A DNA stretch of 64,000 bases from Eledone cirrhosa (Eukaryota). The stretch lies in the NCBI GenBank assembly GCA_964016885.1, contig OZ024745.1:39184001-39248000 (forward strand), read 5' to 3'. A model generated the notes under the pieces. The model was given only the letters and a program-made list of their open reading frames with translations. It did not search any database and was not told where the DNA came from. Both the position numbers and the translations under genes were made by a program. Positions 1-12,769 of the stretch are shown here, one piece after another (the first letter of the stretch is position 1; each line of letters starts with the position of its first letter).

Positions 1-71
1 TCATATGAACTGTCATTGTGAAACCCATTAAACTACTTCGTAAATACATTTTCAGATCTATATTATCACAC

Positions 72-1079
72 ACTAGCAGCAGGACCCGGCGTTGCAAAGA
101 GTAGGGAACATTAAATAGAAACACGCATATGCAAAGATCGAGGAAAGTAGCTGTGTACTTTTTGAATTCCCTTATTCTCAGGGAATGATTGCTCATCTAC
201 TGGAAACGTAGAATACCAGCAGTCCCGAATCGTGAAACATCTGCATGCATGTGCAAAATGTGAAGAAAATCAGCTGGATACTATTTAAGCGTACTAAACC
301 TTAGTGTATGATTTTTCTTCCATTTGGAGATTATCGGTTAGGTACTTTTCGAGTTTGATAGATTCGCATCCAGTCATCCGGACAGACATCATCAGTTATG
401 TCTATGTGCGACAAAAGGGGTCTCCGCGGAATTAGCACCATCACTATTCGGCGTACTTGCGCAGGGCGTTCATACTGCGGTGTAGGTGCAACAAAAGGGG
501 TCTTGGAAGAAATAGCACAGACGTGAATTTTATGGTGTCAATAAGACGTCAACGTACACAGTGCCCGGATTTGCGCGTGATGAAAGCACGAAACGTCAAC
601 AGAGTCCCGACAAATATTTTAAGGTCCTCCTCATTTCTTCAATGCCCCGAAAATGGTCCTGTTTAAAAGTAAGTAAGTGTCGTGTCCTCTGTTAAATAGA
701 ACAAATGTTTAAGGAAATATTATACGCTACTTGCGATGTTTAAGTAGCGTTTATATTGACAATGAAAATGGCATACACTGTCCAATGCTAACTCGTAAAT
801 TTCCCAGAAACCATTAATAGAAACGGAATTTGTCCACAGCAATGCGAGGGAATAAGAAATTATGTGCTGCAAATTTCGAGGAAAACGGCTGGATTATTAT
901 CTTTAAGTTACGCCTCAAAAAATGCTAAAGTTGAAAAGAAAATGTGGTTTTTCACCTAATGTGGGCCCTAATGAAGAAAAGGTAACTCATGTGTAAAGTT
1001 TGAAAAAAATCGGTCAGGTACTTCTCGAGTGTTAGGGATTTACGCAAACAGACATCTTCTGTGTTATATAGAGAGAGAT
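72..1079 (-). mobile_element. Non-autonomous Helitron-like element (degenerate)
   Basis: The minus strand begins TCTCTC (about 1078) and ends in a GC-rich segment followed by CTAGT (72-95). An internal motif 'cggt.aggtactt.tcgagt...cagacatc' occurs twice (about 335-390 and 1010-1057). No ORF. Confidence 0.4.
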
Positions 1080-1730
1080 TAATCACCAAATGTAGCGAAG
1101 AGCTTACATAAACACAGCTGTCAGCACCAACACAAACGATGTATCAAAAAACCCAAAACGCATATAACTAGAAAAATAGAACACGAACCTAATTATTCTT
1201 TACATACAACAACACTACTATCAATTACAAAATGCGTAGAAGATATTGCCGTCTATAGCACTAAGTTAATAATTGTTAACAACACAGAGATAAACAAAAA
1301 AAACTACGAGATATATTTAATATTTTTCTACCAACACATAAAACCACAAAAACATTCATCCACATCCCACAGAATCTGTTACTTGAAACACAACTTACCA
1401 CATGGAAGAGAGCAACATGCACTCCAACTTAGCAGGTAAGTACAAATGCCGATAACTATGTAAAAAAGAAACTTAGGAAATAGAATTCTACAAACGAACA
1501 AACAAACAAACACAATCTTCTCAACGATATTTGCACCCAGAAAATCATTGAGAATCTCAAGTCCATAAAACTATGGAGTAACTATCCCTAGAGTCAGGCA
1601 ATTGCAAGTAACCTTTGACTACACAAATATTTGAAGGTCTTTGTATACGTTTAGCTATATATAAGGGTACGGGTGAGTCTCTCTACGTATACCCATTCAC
1701 GTATATATGTATGTATATATATATATATAC

Positions 1731-1852
1731 CCGAGGTATCTGATTTTTAATGCGATGAAATACCAATGATGGTTGGCAAAATCACTGATGAGGGACTCAT
1801 TTTATAATATGTAATCCATGTGCAACCATGCAGTATTCTTCTTCCCCTTGTT

Positions 1853-1858
<6 letters not shown>
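1731..1858 (+). repeat. Diverged fragment of the same repeat family as the 623-bp unit at 25985-27238
   Basis: 'gaggtatctgatttttaatgcgatgaaataccaatgatggttggcaaaatcactgatgaggga...atatgtaatccatgtgcaac' aligns with 'gaggtatatggtctttaaagcgatgaaatgcctatgatagttggaagatcactgatgaagga...atatgtaacccatttgcaac'. Bounded by (TA)n. Confidence 0.65.
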
Positions 1859-1929
<71 letters not shown>

Positions 1930-1943
1930 TATACATATATATA

Positions 1944-2071
1944 TATTAAGACAGGGGGGAAGAAAAAATGGCTTCACTTGTGCTTTCAACAAATTTATTT
2001 TCTTCAGGTGAAGAAAATAAATTTGTTGAAAGCACAAGTGAAGCCATTTTTTCTTCCCCCCTGTCTCAATA
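1944..2071. repeat. Near-perfect palindrome (about 63-bp arms, 2-nt spacer)
   Basis: The arm aagacaggggggaagaaaaaatggcttcacttgtgctttcaacaaatttattttcttca is followed by gg and then its reverse complement. Confidence 0.95.
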
Positions 2072-3271
2072 TACCTAACTGTACCAAGCATTACACACAT
2101 TTTCCATATATATATATATATATATATATATATCCAGCGGGTGTAACTAGGAAATACTGCAGGTTCACCCGGGTGAGCACTCGATGTTTAGGTTCACTTC
2201 TGTGATGATGTGTAGAGCTATACAGAGTGGAATATATAGAAAGCATAACAAGGACCATTGATTATTCCTTCATTGCATTTATTGATAGGTGACGCGCGTT
2301 TCGCCACTGATCAGCTCAAGGTTCTATCTATATCGATCCTACCCGACTCAATAAGCCGCAGTTCGACGGACCTTGTTAAAATGCTATAAGAAAATGAAAT
2401 AAATGCTATGTGGTAAAGTCAGAGATTCAAGAGTTTGACAAAATGAGTTGTTTTGATTGGTGGGAAGGGTCAAGGCGATGTACAGGCCTGCAGTGTATAG
2501 AGGGGTGGGTGTGATGGTGAGATGTTGGTGACGATGGGTGGATGAGATAGGCTGTGGTGTGGTGGTGGTTTATTGGCCTTGGCGTGTAGAGTATGTGGGG
2601 TTGGATGTTATGATATGGTTGTGGTTATGGTTGCTTAGTGGGATGGGCTGTGGTATGAGGTTAGTGGTTTGTCAGTAGACGGGTTGGCGTGTGTGTGGGG
2701 GTGTGGTATTGGTGCCGCTGTCTATGGTAGTGGCGTTTGTGGTGATGTGGTGGGAGTATTGGTGGCGTCAAGGTGATTACCTAGATACATAGCTAGACGC
2801 TCATCGTCTGACAGATGCTTTGTATATACGTATACGTACACACATATAGGTATGTATGTGCACACATGTTGTTGTATAAACACACCGACCTTAAAACACA
2901 TACGCACATCCTTGCCCACACATATCGACACACGCTCACACACAGCCATATGTATATGTACACACATGTATGTACGTGTGGGCATGCGGACACAAATATA
3001 TAGAGTGGGGGAGTATCGTTGGGGGTGGCGAACGACGGTGATGGGGGGAAGGTGAGAGGCAATGTAGAAGGTGTTTTACATACATACATACACATACATA
3101 TACCCATACACACACATGGGTATGGGCACATGGACTCACACTCACGTATACAAAATATACACATACACACTCACACACACGTATACTCACGCACCCACAT
3201 ACACATACATATATATACACACACACATACACACATATATATATATACACACGAAAACACACACACAAACA

Positions 3272-3374
<103 letters not shown>

Positions 3375-3479
3375 AAATACATTTAATTTACTGATAATTC
3401 AACAAATGTATTTACTATGACAGATTCCAAGCACTCCACAGTTTCCTGGAGTATAATATCAATGATATTAATAAATGGA

Positions 3480-3510
<31 letters not shown>

Positions 3511-3515
<5 letters not shown>

Positions 3516-4003
3516 GAGAAATTAGCTAAAACCCAAAGCTTTTCCAGGAGCCAAAATTTCTGCAAATTGTGTAATCTTGAGATTTATTACATAATCACAC
3601 ACAAGAAGAAACTGCTGAATAACAGAATTGAACGAACATTATTCTGCCGTCACAGAACTAAAACCCTTTTTTCCCACTACAAGCCGAATATTACATAAAA
3701 GAGGGACATCCCCCAACTATATAAACATTAATCTAGCTAGAAAAATATAAAAACAATCTCTTCTCAACATATATTAATAACCTTAAATTACCACACTAAT
3801 AATGGAAAGATATGCTGATGAGAATAGGTGCAAATATGCGATAATGAATGTGTCTAAAAACGTCCATAAGTATGTATATATATGTGAAAATGTATATAAA
3901 TAAGTAAATATATATATATGTTTGATGTGTATAGTTAGATGTAAGTGTATTCATGTATTAAAGTGTTTATATATATATGTATATGTATGTGTATATATAT
4001 GTG

Positions 4004-4100
<97 letters not shown>

Positions 4101-4805
4101 ATATATATGTATATATGAGTATATAGATGTGTATGTATGTGTATGTGTGTACACATGGACTAGAGTAAGTATGTATATATGTGTGTGTCTATACGTGTGT
4201 ATATAAAGATAAGTTGAGTATGAAAATGTATACACATGAGCGCGTATGTATGTACATGAATACATGTGTGTATATATATGTGTATGCATGTGTATATATA
4301 TGTAAGTATGAATATGTGAATTGTGAGTATATGTATTTTGTAGAGGTGTGCAAATATATTTGTGTGTGAATGCGTGGGTGAAAGGATACGTATACTTGAA
4401 AGAAAAATTTAAGTCTGAATGTTAATTAAGTGCAAACACAAAAACCAACCACGCATATCTTTACTATCTCTAATCCTTCTATAGATTTAGAAAAATAACC
4501 AATAATATATTCTATAAAAAATGTCAAAACAACAGATGGGAATCTAATTACTCACTGCCACCAAGAATTCTCACTGCTATCGAAAAACCACTCCTTCAAC
4601 TATTCTTCTAACAACTTCACCCCTCCCTCCTAATATTCTCTATAAAAACTAAATAGGTCCTCAGTAATATTATTCTGATGAAATGACAGTAAATAATAAC
4701 ATTGAAATATTGAATGTCTGCATAACTAAAAGTTTGTAGATAGCAGCTGTTTTAGGTTATGTAACTGTTATAGAAACACGTGTCAATAAATTCCTTTCAA
4801 CTAAA
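3511..4805 (+). mobile_element. 3' remnant of a Naiad-type Penelope-like element (GIY-YIG C-terminus plus 3' tail with degenerate hammerhead cores), interrupted by microsatellites
   Basis: WEKLAKTQSFSRSQNFCKLCNLEIYYII..LLNNRIERTLFCRHRTK (3512-3698) matches the W..L.KA..Y....C.LC..EK...LLN.R.E....CRH C-terminal pattern of these elements. ctgatga-aatg..catt-gaaa lies at about 4676 and tagcag..ctgtta-tagaaacacgtgtc at about 4741-4784. Confidence 0.55.
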
Positions 4806-5073
4806 CTGTATCCATTCAAATCTTTCTATATATATATATATATATATATATAGGTAAGTTATTCCGGGTTGAATCGGAGGTAACCACAGTAAGTAAGGTA
4901 CTTAATACATAGCAGAGTATAATAGTTTTAATGTAGATGAGATTCTACAGGTCTAGAACTGATGATTTCTAAAGAATGAAGCAGTTCTAGTCCTGTAGAA
5001 TCTCGTCTATGTATATATATAAATTAAAATAAAATAAATAAGTCAAATGTTTAAAATGTGGCTTCGTTTATTA

Positions 5074-5126
5074 CTGCTATATATATTTCGGTAACAACCA
5101 TCTTTGGCTGTGACCTCTTCAGGCAG
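5074..5126 (-). ncRNA. Minimal type I hammerhead ribozyme (PLE-associated)
   Basis: The minus strand reads ctgc-CTGAAGA-ggtcacagcca-aaga-tggttgttacc-GAAA-tatatat-a-gcag: stem I ctgc/gcag, a long stem II and a palindromic stem III. AATAAA follows. Confidence 0.8.
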
Positions 5127-5334
5127 TCCGAATTAGTGTGGTAGAGACGAGTACTCATGTTGTTGAGGTGTATAACTTTGTCAATACTCTGATATGCCCA
5201 GTTCCTGGTTGGGTTGTTGTTTCATTGAGGAACTGGAATCATATGAATTTAAACAAACGAATTTCAGCAAACGAATTCCAACAAACGTATATATATATGT
5301 GTGTGTGTGTGTACATAGATATACACATACATGT

Positions 5335-6280
5335 AGCTGGGCTGAACAGTTCATAGGCAGACTATGAAGGAAAAAAGTGTAGAGGTGCGGGTGCGTGCAT
5401 TAATGTCAACTCTTCTACATGCATTGATTATTTCCAGGCAAAATAAAAGATTTCAAAACTGACTAGTGGTGACCTCTCCGGTAAATGGATAAAGTCTGGA
5501 ATCGTTGTGTTATGTTATAAACTTCCTGCAGATAAAGGGTTTTGCCCCGAAATACATCCATACTAACATGTTTCCTACATTAGGGAATGTCGCTCCAGCT
5601 TTCTCAATATTTCGGAGGAGGGCAGCTGAAAATCAGAAAGGAGGAGAAAGTCTTGAATACGACACAAGTTCTGCAACTGGCACCAGCGCGGAAATCACTG
5701 ATCAGGTACAGTACCTGGTAATTGCCAGGTAGGTGACTATAATTCAAATATTGTCACTCTATTAGCATAGCCCGTGAGAGGGTCGAGATTAAACTGCTGG
5801 ACATGACGAAGGTTTCAGCTAGGTGGGTGTCTCGTCTCCTGACATTTGATCTATAGCACACGAGGCTGATCCTATTACGGAAAAATCTGACATTGTTAGG
5901 GCCAGATACAGCTTGTTTCCTCTAACATTTAGTAAGCCAGGATGAGTGATAGATTCATCCCATTGAGCCAAAGAAAAAGACACAACCAATGAGGTGGAAA
6001 TACTCATTCGCTCCTGCTCGAAAGAACGCAAAGATGACTTCATCTGTAGGGAAGTTGATGGCTTTAGATTGTGGGGATGCAAAAGGCATTGAAGATATTG
6101 AATATCTTCCAAATCGCTATACTAACAATTGAGAGTGGTATGCCAACATGCCAAAGCAATTACAAAAGTGTATCAAGAGCAAACACCTAAGATAACTGCC
6201 GAAAGGTGTCTTGTTTCATTAGGACAATGCTCCAGCACACAATGCCTTTAATTCTATGGTTTCTGGAACTTTGTTGAGTT
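5335..6280 (+). mobile_element. Mariner (Tc1/mariner) transposase relic
   Basis: HTH region VINFLQIKGFAPKYIHTNM..TLGNVAP..GESLEYD, then VSARWVSRLL (WVPxxL motif, about 5812-5840), QDE (about 5938), SVGKLMA..DAKGI and FH*DNAPAH (about 6214-6240). Many stops and frameshifts. Confidence 0.8.
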
Positions 6281-6980
6281 GAAAAATATATCTCATTCCA
6301 TGCGAGGTTCTTCTTCCTCCAATAAATCTTCAGTGGCCCCACGGATCCGCCCCCCCCTCCCTCTCTAAATATATATATATAAGGCGGAGGGTGTGTTTGA
6401 CTACTCCAGGATCGCAGTACCATGCCACATACAAAGTCTTTTTTCAGCGATTTGACATTATTCAAAATAATATCTAAAGACTATCAATACCGAATATTTT
6501 ATCATTGTTTGTCAAGAATGTTAGAGAAAGAAACAGCATTATAGTGAATTGAAACTAATATATTATTATTCATTATTCACTTGATTTATATTCAGTAACA
6601 TCAGGGCCAGGTGGCAGGGATGTTATATCATGCATCACGATTAAATACACTATTTCATTGAAGCAAGTATGATCTAGAAATTTGTAAGAAAATGAAAACG
6701 TACCATTGCGTTTTACTGTCTAAAATAATACTATTTTTGTAAATATTCATTGCATGCGATATGTTTGCAGTATTATAAAGTACACTTGTCCTACTGATAA
6801 TTTTAATTGTCCTCCAATAGACTAGATATGGAAAATTACACATATATATGTAATTATATAGAGGAAAAATGTTAACCCATGTTTAAAGCTGAGCCTAATC
6901 TATTTTCATACAAATACAAGTTTACGCACCTAAAACAGATTTGTTTATACAAAATAAATTGTACCAACACACACATAGGT

Positions 6981-7014
<34 letters not shown>

Positions 7015-7752
7015 TTATTTCGAATCTAGCTGTCGAAACGGCTGGAGCTCAGCCGTCGGGGTCCTGACTCTTTTCCTATGTATATAAATAGGGAGACACG
7101 AAGCAAGCTTTGTTTAGAAACGCCTAGCGAATTAAAACACTTTTCAAATACGGCGTAAGCACATGTTACTACCTAATTTTCAAATTCGCTAGCCGTTTCT
7201 AAAGGAAGTCTACTTTGTGATTCCCAATGTACACCCCCTCACCCCCATATATATATATATATATATATTTCTTAAATCTGGTACAATGGACTAGACATAT
7301 ATGCACGGCATTGGATGGCATATACAGCAAGACAATGTAGTGTTTTACCCAGTATATTTCAACATGATATTTCCCGGCAAATACCCCCTTCTTAAATGTG
7401 ATACTAAAGCGGTTCAAAACAAAAATGAACGACCTATGTGCTCTTCCCTCTCTGAGCTACGGGTTTGATATATTCATACACGGAGCCTTTATAGCAGCTA
7501 ATCAGCTTCAAACAATTCCAATCTATTATTTAACTGTATTTTTCTGTTGTGTATGATAATGGTCTCTTCAAATCCCCATGCTCCCTCCCACCATTATGCA
7601 TATCTATATGCTTAATTGCGTATTTATACTTACATTCAAAATATAAAAAAATACGGATATATTTACGTACAAATATTTCTGACCTTAAATATACGGACAA
7701 ATAGATACATAGACGGCAAGCCAACGCTTCAAGGCCGATTGTGTGCATACAC

Positions 7753-7987
7753 GTGTCTGAATACTGGCATACTTGTGTCTGAATCCTGGCATACACATGT
7801 CTGTATCTTGGCATACATGTGTCTGAATCCTGGCATACATGTGTCTGAATCCTGGCATACATGTGTCTGAATCCTGGCATACATGTATCTTAATCCTGGC
7901 ATACACATGTCTGTATCTTGGCATTCATGTGTCTGAATCCTGGCATACATGTGTCTGAATCCTGGCATACATGTGTCTGAATCCTGA
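7753..7987. repeat. 22-bp minisatellite (tgtgtctgaatcctggcataca), about 10-11 units
   Basis: Tandem units with period 22 are directly visible; two variant units read 'cacatgtctgtatcttggca'. Confidence 0.95.
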
Positions 7988-8049
7988 CAAAACGGTAGTT
8001 TCAAAACAAACACTGACTAGTTCCAGGAGCATTTTCATGTATAAGTTAG

Positions 8050-8620
8050 AACAGACTATTCATCCTTCTATCAAATATAAAAATCTGGATGAAGACTTTT
8101 GAAACCTGTGGGACAGTGAGGAACCTCAATATAATGTATGAGGATCGTCCTACCCGCCTTCGATGACCTAGGTATCGTTCGCACGAAGGTATCGATATGA
8201 TCCATGATTTTGTTGAACATAACCCCAAATAATCGTTGTACGGGATAAGTCTATACTTGTGTTTCTCCAGAGAAACCTTCAGAAAATATCTTCACAAAGG
8301 ATCTTAAGAAGTATCCTTACACCATACAAACTATGAATTAAATTTCGAAATCCTGTGAGTAACATTTAATGATGTTGAGTGCGCCCTTCACAACTCTTAT
8401 TTAAGCCTTCTAGATTTCTTTCTTTCGGGCTATGTTAACACAAATAATACAATCGCTGATCTAAAGAATAACATTAAAGATGAGATCAGAACCATTCTTA
8501 GGTATGGTTGTTGACATTATTTTAACAAAATGCATGGATTCAAATGTGGATAACTTAGGACATTGCTGTAATCTGGTCAGAAACATCAGAAGACAGTGAA
8601 ATTGTGACACGTTGTTTTTA
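8050..8620 (+). mobile_element. Highly decayed Tc1/mariner-superfamily transposase fragments
   Basis: IKIWMKTFETCGTV (HTH-like) and LSLLDFFLSGYV (resembles the DL.PLDFFLWGY.K motif) at about 8400-8437. Confidence 0.4.
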
Positions 8621-9759
8621 ATTCTTTCATCAGTGATATTAGCTTTTGTTTAAAATGAATAATGTTGACAAAATATAATGTAGACATATTGATTTTATTT
8701 AGCCTGTATATATATACATATATATATATATACGTGTTATGTGGATGTATGAGCGTATTTTTATGTGAAGCAATTATATATATATATATATATAACATAG
8801 TGGCACAATGTACTGATAGACCAAGAAACACTAGATATATTTTCTATAGTTTCACAACGTAAACTTTGAAATAGAAAAATTCTTCAGAAAGATTTTCTCC
8901 TACAAATTTGCTGTATATTAGTATTAAAAAGAAATAAAGAACAGACATTGAATTAGAAAATAAAAAATTCTAGAACTTCTTTTGAAAATAACGAAACCTA
9001 ATTTAAACCTAGTTTAAAGTAAAATTTCAACTTTGAAATCTTAAGGTTTACAAACAGACTAGGGCTTGAAGGTTTTATTTATGAGAGCTAAGATATATAG
9101 AGTTCTTTTATATAAGTTACACTAAATATATGCTGTAACAATCTTCTTATATAAATATATATATATATATATATATACCATTACATATAAATAGTATTAT
9201 TTGAACACAAATGACGGCTATAAATATTAATACAGTACAAACAAATAACAGTAAAAGTCCACTAATGTTCAAACGCATTTACATACATAACCGCAGAAAC
9301 ACACCCACACATACGACCGCACACCGACACTACTAATACACACACACATATGTATCACTCCACACACACACACATACACACACATATATATATATATATA
9401 TATACATACATATATATATATGTGTGTGTGTGTATTTGTGTGTGTGTGTATGTGCGCGTGTGTGTGTATGTCTGTCTGTATGTAATTCATCTAGCGACGC
9501 AGCGTTTATATTTGATAACATAACATGATAATCATGAAGTTGCAATTCACCCTATTTGGGAAAATATATGGTTACTGTACACTTGTCTCATATCTTCATA
9601 AAGAGGACACGGGAACCAATTTTCGTGTTTATATCTAGGTCGTTTCTCAGCAAATAAAATGCGCCGTTTTTGCTTTTATTTGTTACAGGGTGTGTAACAA
9701 AGGAGGTCTACTCTCACAGTCTAGACTGGCCTTGATATTTGCAAACATAACTATCTGAA

Positions 9760-10950
9760 GACTCAAATCTACAAACTTTCAAAATATGCTGATATGTAGG
9801 TCAAATATTCATTTCTTCACACATTTTGGGGCACTGAATCTAAAATTGATAACATAGATGAGGGGTTAGGTATGTTTTTTTTTTTTAGATATTAGGGACT
9901 TAATGACTTACAAATAAGAGATAATGACACAAGAATGACACTCACTTCATGATAATTACACAACGTTCCTTAGCTTGTCTCTCGTATTCAAGGTCTTGCG
10001 CATCTCTTATAACTGACCAAGGTTTTTCTCCTAACATATTTGGGCTGTCTTTGCCCTGATGGTTTTCCTTTTCCATGTTTGCAAATGGACGGTGCAAACA
10101 CTCTACTTGTTCGTCACTTACTTGGTAGGAAATCGTAGTGTGAATGACGAAAGTGGATTTTGACAGACTTATTGCAGCCCAATTATTGGGAGAATTGCAA
10201 TAAATATTCAATAAATATTCAACAAGTTCCTGGTAGTCTCTCCGATCTATAAAATTCTGTGACATCAGTCTAGAATTATTCGAAGCTACCTATTCCTTTT
10301 CCAAAAAAACAATTAGTCGAATGCATTGTTCTTGAATTTGGGGCCGATCAACACACCGTCTTTAATTTTTGTTTCAAATTTATGAAAGTCTTTCCAGTCT
10401 TATTTAGAGTTTCTATCTAGACTTGTGAATATATACATCGATTACAAATCTTTACAAAATCATCATGTTCCTTCTCACAGATATATACATAAATGTGATG
10501 CATCAACATTGCAACACTTCTTAAAGTTAGTAAGGTGGCAAATAGGCATAATCGTTAGAATGTCGAATAGTGTGATTTGCAATATCGTTTCGGCTTTCTG
10601 AATTTTTGAGTTTAAATACTGCCGCGTGTCAACATTGCCTTTCATCATTTCGAGGTTGAAATATCAGTCTAGTAATGGGGTCGATTATTCCTCTATATCT
10701 TGTTTCACTTCCTTTCCCTCGGGCACTCTATCCTTCTCTAGAGGAAATCTGCTGTATTAAGACCTGGAGAGGATATGAGCTCCAGCAGATTTTAAAATGC
10801 TATATAAAAGTCGAAAATCAGTACGGTATCCCGACTACAACCCCAGTAGTCACGTTACCATGCATTATATTGTAGCTCGCAATAATATAACTGAATTATT
10901 TAGAATTCACAGATGATCAGCATGGTGAATATATCAGCTGTGGTATATCT
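9760..10950 (-). mobile_element. Chapaev3-like (CMC) DNA transposon relic
   Basis: Minus-strand fragments LLGL*SGY (about 10830-10850), IKDGVLIGP (about 10345-10365) and VSDEQVECLHRPFANMEK..QGKDSPNML resemble the conserved LLGLQ.GYTK, KIKEGIFVGPQ and VSDE.GERFHQDI..ME.RYQG motifs. Confidence 0.55.
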
Positions 10951-11196
10951 GCAAGCGGCGAGATATAATAGTCAATGTGCAAAATGGCTGTTAAAATAAA
11001 ACTTCAGAATAAGTAAAAAGAAGGTAGATTTTCCATCTGTAGAATATTATTTACGACACATAAGCACTGTAAAAATAAAATCCTTCATATCTCAAAAATT
11101 GTATCGCTCATATAATTCTTTATAACTGCCTGTTTCATACTTCTGGATGTAACGCCGGAGTTATTCTGTTTAATTTATATTATATATTTAAATTTG

Positions 11197-11291
11197 TTAA
11201 CTTTGCCTTTCATCCTTACGGGGTCGATAAAATAAAGTACCAGTAATACACTGGTGAATTGCTGGTCTTGTGCCTAACGTAGAAACAATTA
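11197..11291 (+). mobile_element. tRNA-derived SINE, 3' fragment
   Basis: gttaactttgcctttcatccttacggggtcgataaaataaagtaccag...ctggtcttgtgcctaacgtagaaacaatt; same family as five other copies in the window. Confidence 0.8.
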
Positions 11292-11442
11292 TATATTTAA
11301 ATTTGTTCGTGTTCTTACGTTCATTTTTACGTTAAATTCTATTTTAATTCCTAATTTTATTGCGACTTTCCTCTTCAAATGACTAACCATTTTGACATCA
11401 GTTGCATTTACAGTTGTCTTTCTTGTATTATTATTTTGTTGT

Positions 11443-11620
11443 AGGGCGGTGGATTGGCAGTATCAGTAGAGGGTCGGGCGCCATACTTTGACGCATAGAG
11501 TTATGGCCCTTGCCATTCTGAGTTAACTTTACCTTTCATCCTTACGGGGTCGATAAAATAAAGTACCAGTGATACACTGGTTATTTGCTGGCCTTGTGCC
11601 AAAAGTAGAAACAATTATTA
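11443..11620 (+). mobile_element. tRNA-derived SINE (internally deleted at B box)
   Basis: A-box-like TGGCAGTATCAG head, the shared core tttcatccttacggggtcgataaaataaagtaccag, and a tail tagaaacaattattat. Confidence 0.8.
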
Positions 11621-12051
11621 TGTTGTTGATTTTGAAATTGTGTGGAACATATGAATTAAAACTTCAAACTTCATGACGGAATCCGGAGAACAAGTCCCAG
11701 TGTGTACACACATGAAGAACCAGTGTCAAGTACGATAGAACCGCATTTTTATCAGCCTAAGGACGATAGTTACCTAATAAACAAATGTTAGATACTTATC
11801 ACGTTTCTGATTTGATTATAAATTGCAATCTTCCCAGTTATGTGGTAGTAGTGGGCCCCAACATTCGAGTTAAGTGAATCCTCCCTTGTGCCGATTCATT
11901 AAGTGCTGAATGTGGTTAACTCAGGGATTGGACGTAACGTAGAAAATTGCATTTCACCCCTTCTCTATCTCTCTATATCTCTTTCTCTCCTTCTGGTTGC
12001 CATTTCTTGAATATCTTTTGAGGAAGAATGATTCTTTATCTGCTAGCTCCT

Positions 12052-12327
<276 letters not shown>

Positions 12328-12436
12328 AAGTTTGATCAGGTTGGCGTTCGGATTAGCCTCTTTACTGAGGGTTCGTTGTATGTTTTGAGGAATAGCAGCG
12401 GGTATGTATATATATATAAATATATGGAATTTTGTT

Positions 12437-12500
<64 letters not shown>

Positions 12501-12519
12501 TATAAATGTATATATATAC

Positions 12520-12765
12520 AATGATATTAAATAAATGGAAACTATATTTATAAAACCATATATATTTATTATATATATTTCAAGGGTACCAACACTTTGG
12601 TACACCATCTTCAGAAAAAATACAAAGTTTGTTATATAAATATTGACATAACCAGGTTCACGTTATTCCTGGATATCATTGAACATTATACTCCAGAAAT
12701 CTATCGAGTGCTTTGAATTAGTTATACACATTTATATTTGTTGAATCACCAACAAATTGAATATC
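12520..12765 (-). mobile_element. Terminal repeat (pLTR) fragment of the AT-rich Penelope-like family, with hammerhead
   Basis: Homologous to 27262-27440. The minus strand has CTGAAGA-t-ggtgtaccaa..ttggtaccct-t-GAAA-tatatat at about 12570-12614. Confidence 0.7.
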
Positions 12766-12769
12766 CATT

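Noticed and set aside
7753-7987. Regular short repeats as a possible CRISPR array or repeat protein
   Set aside because: Head-to-tail 22-bp units with no unique spacers in a eukaryotic context; this is a minisatellite.
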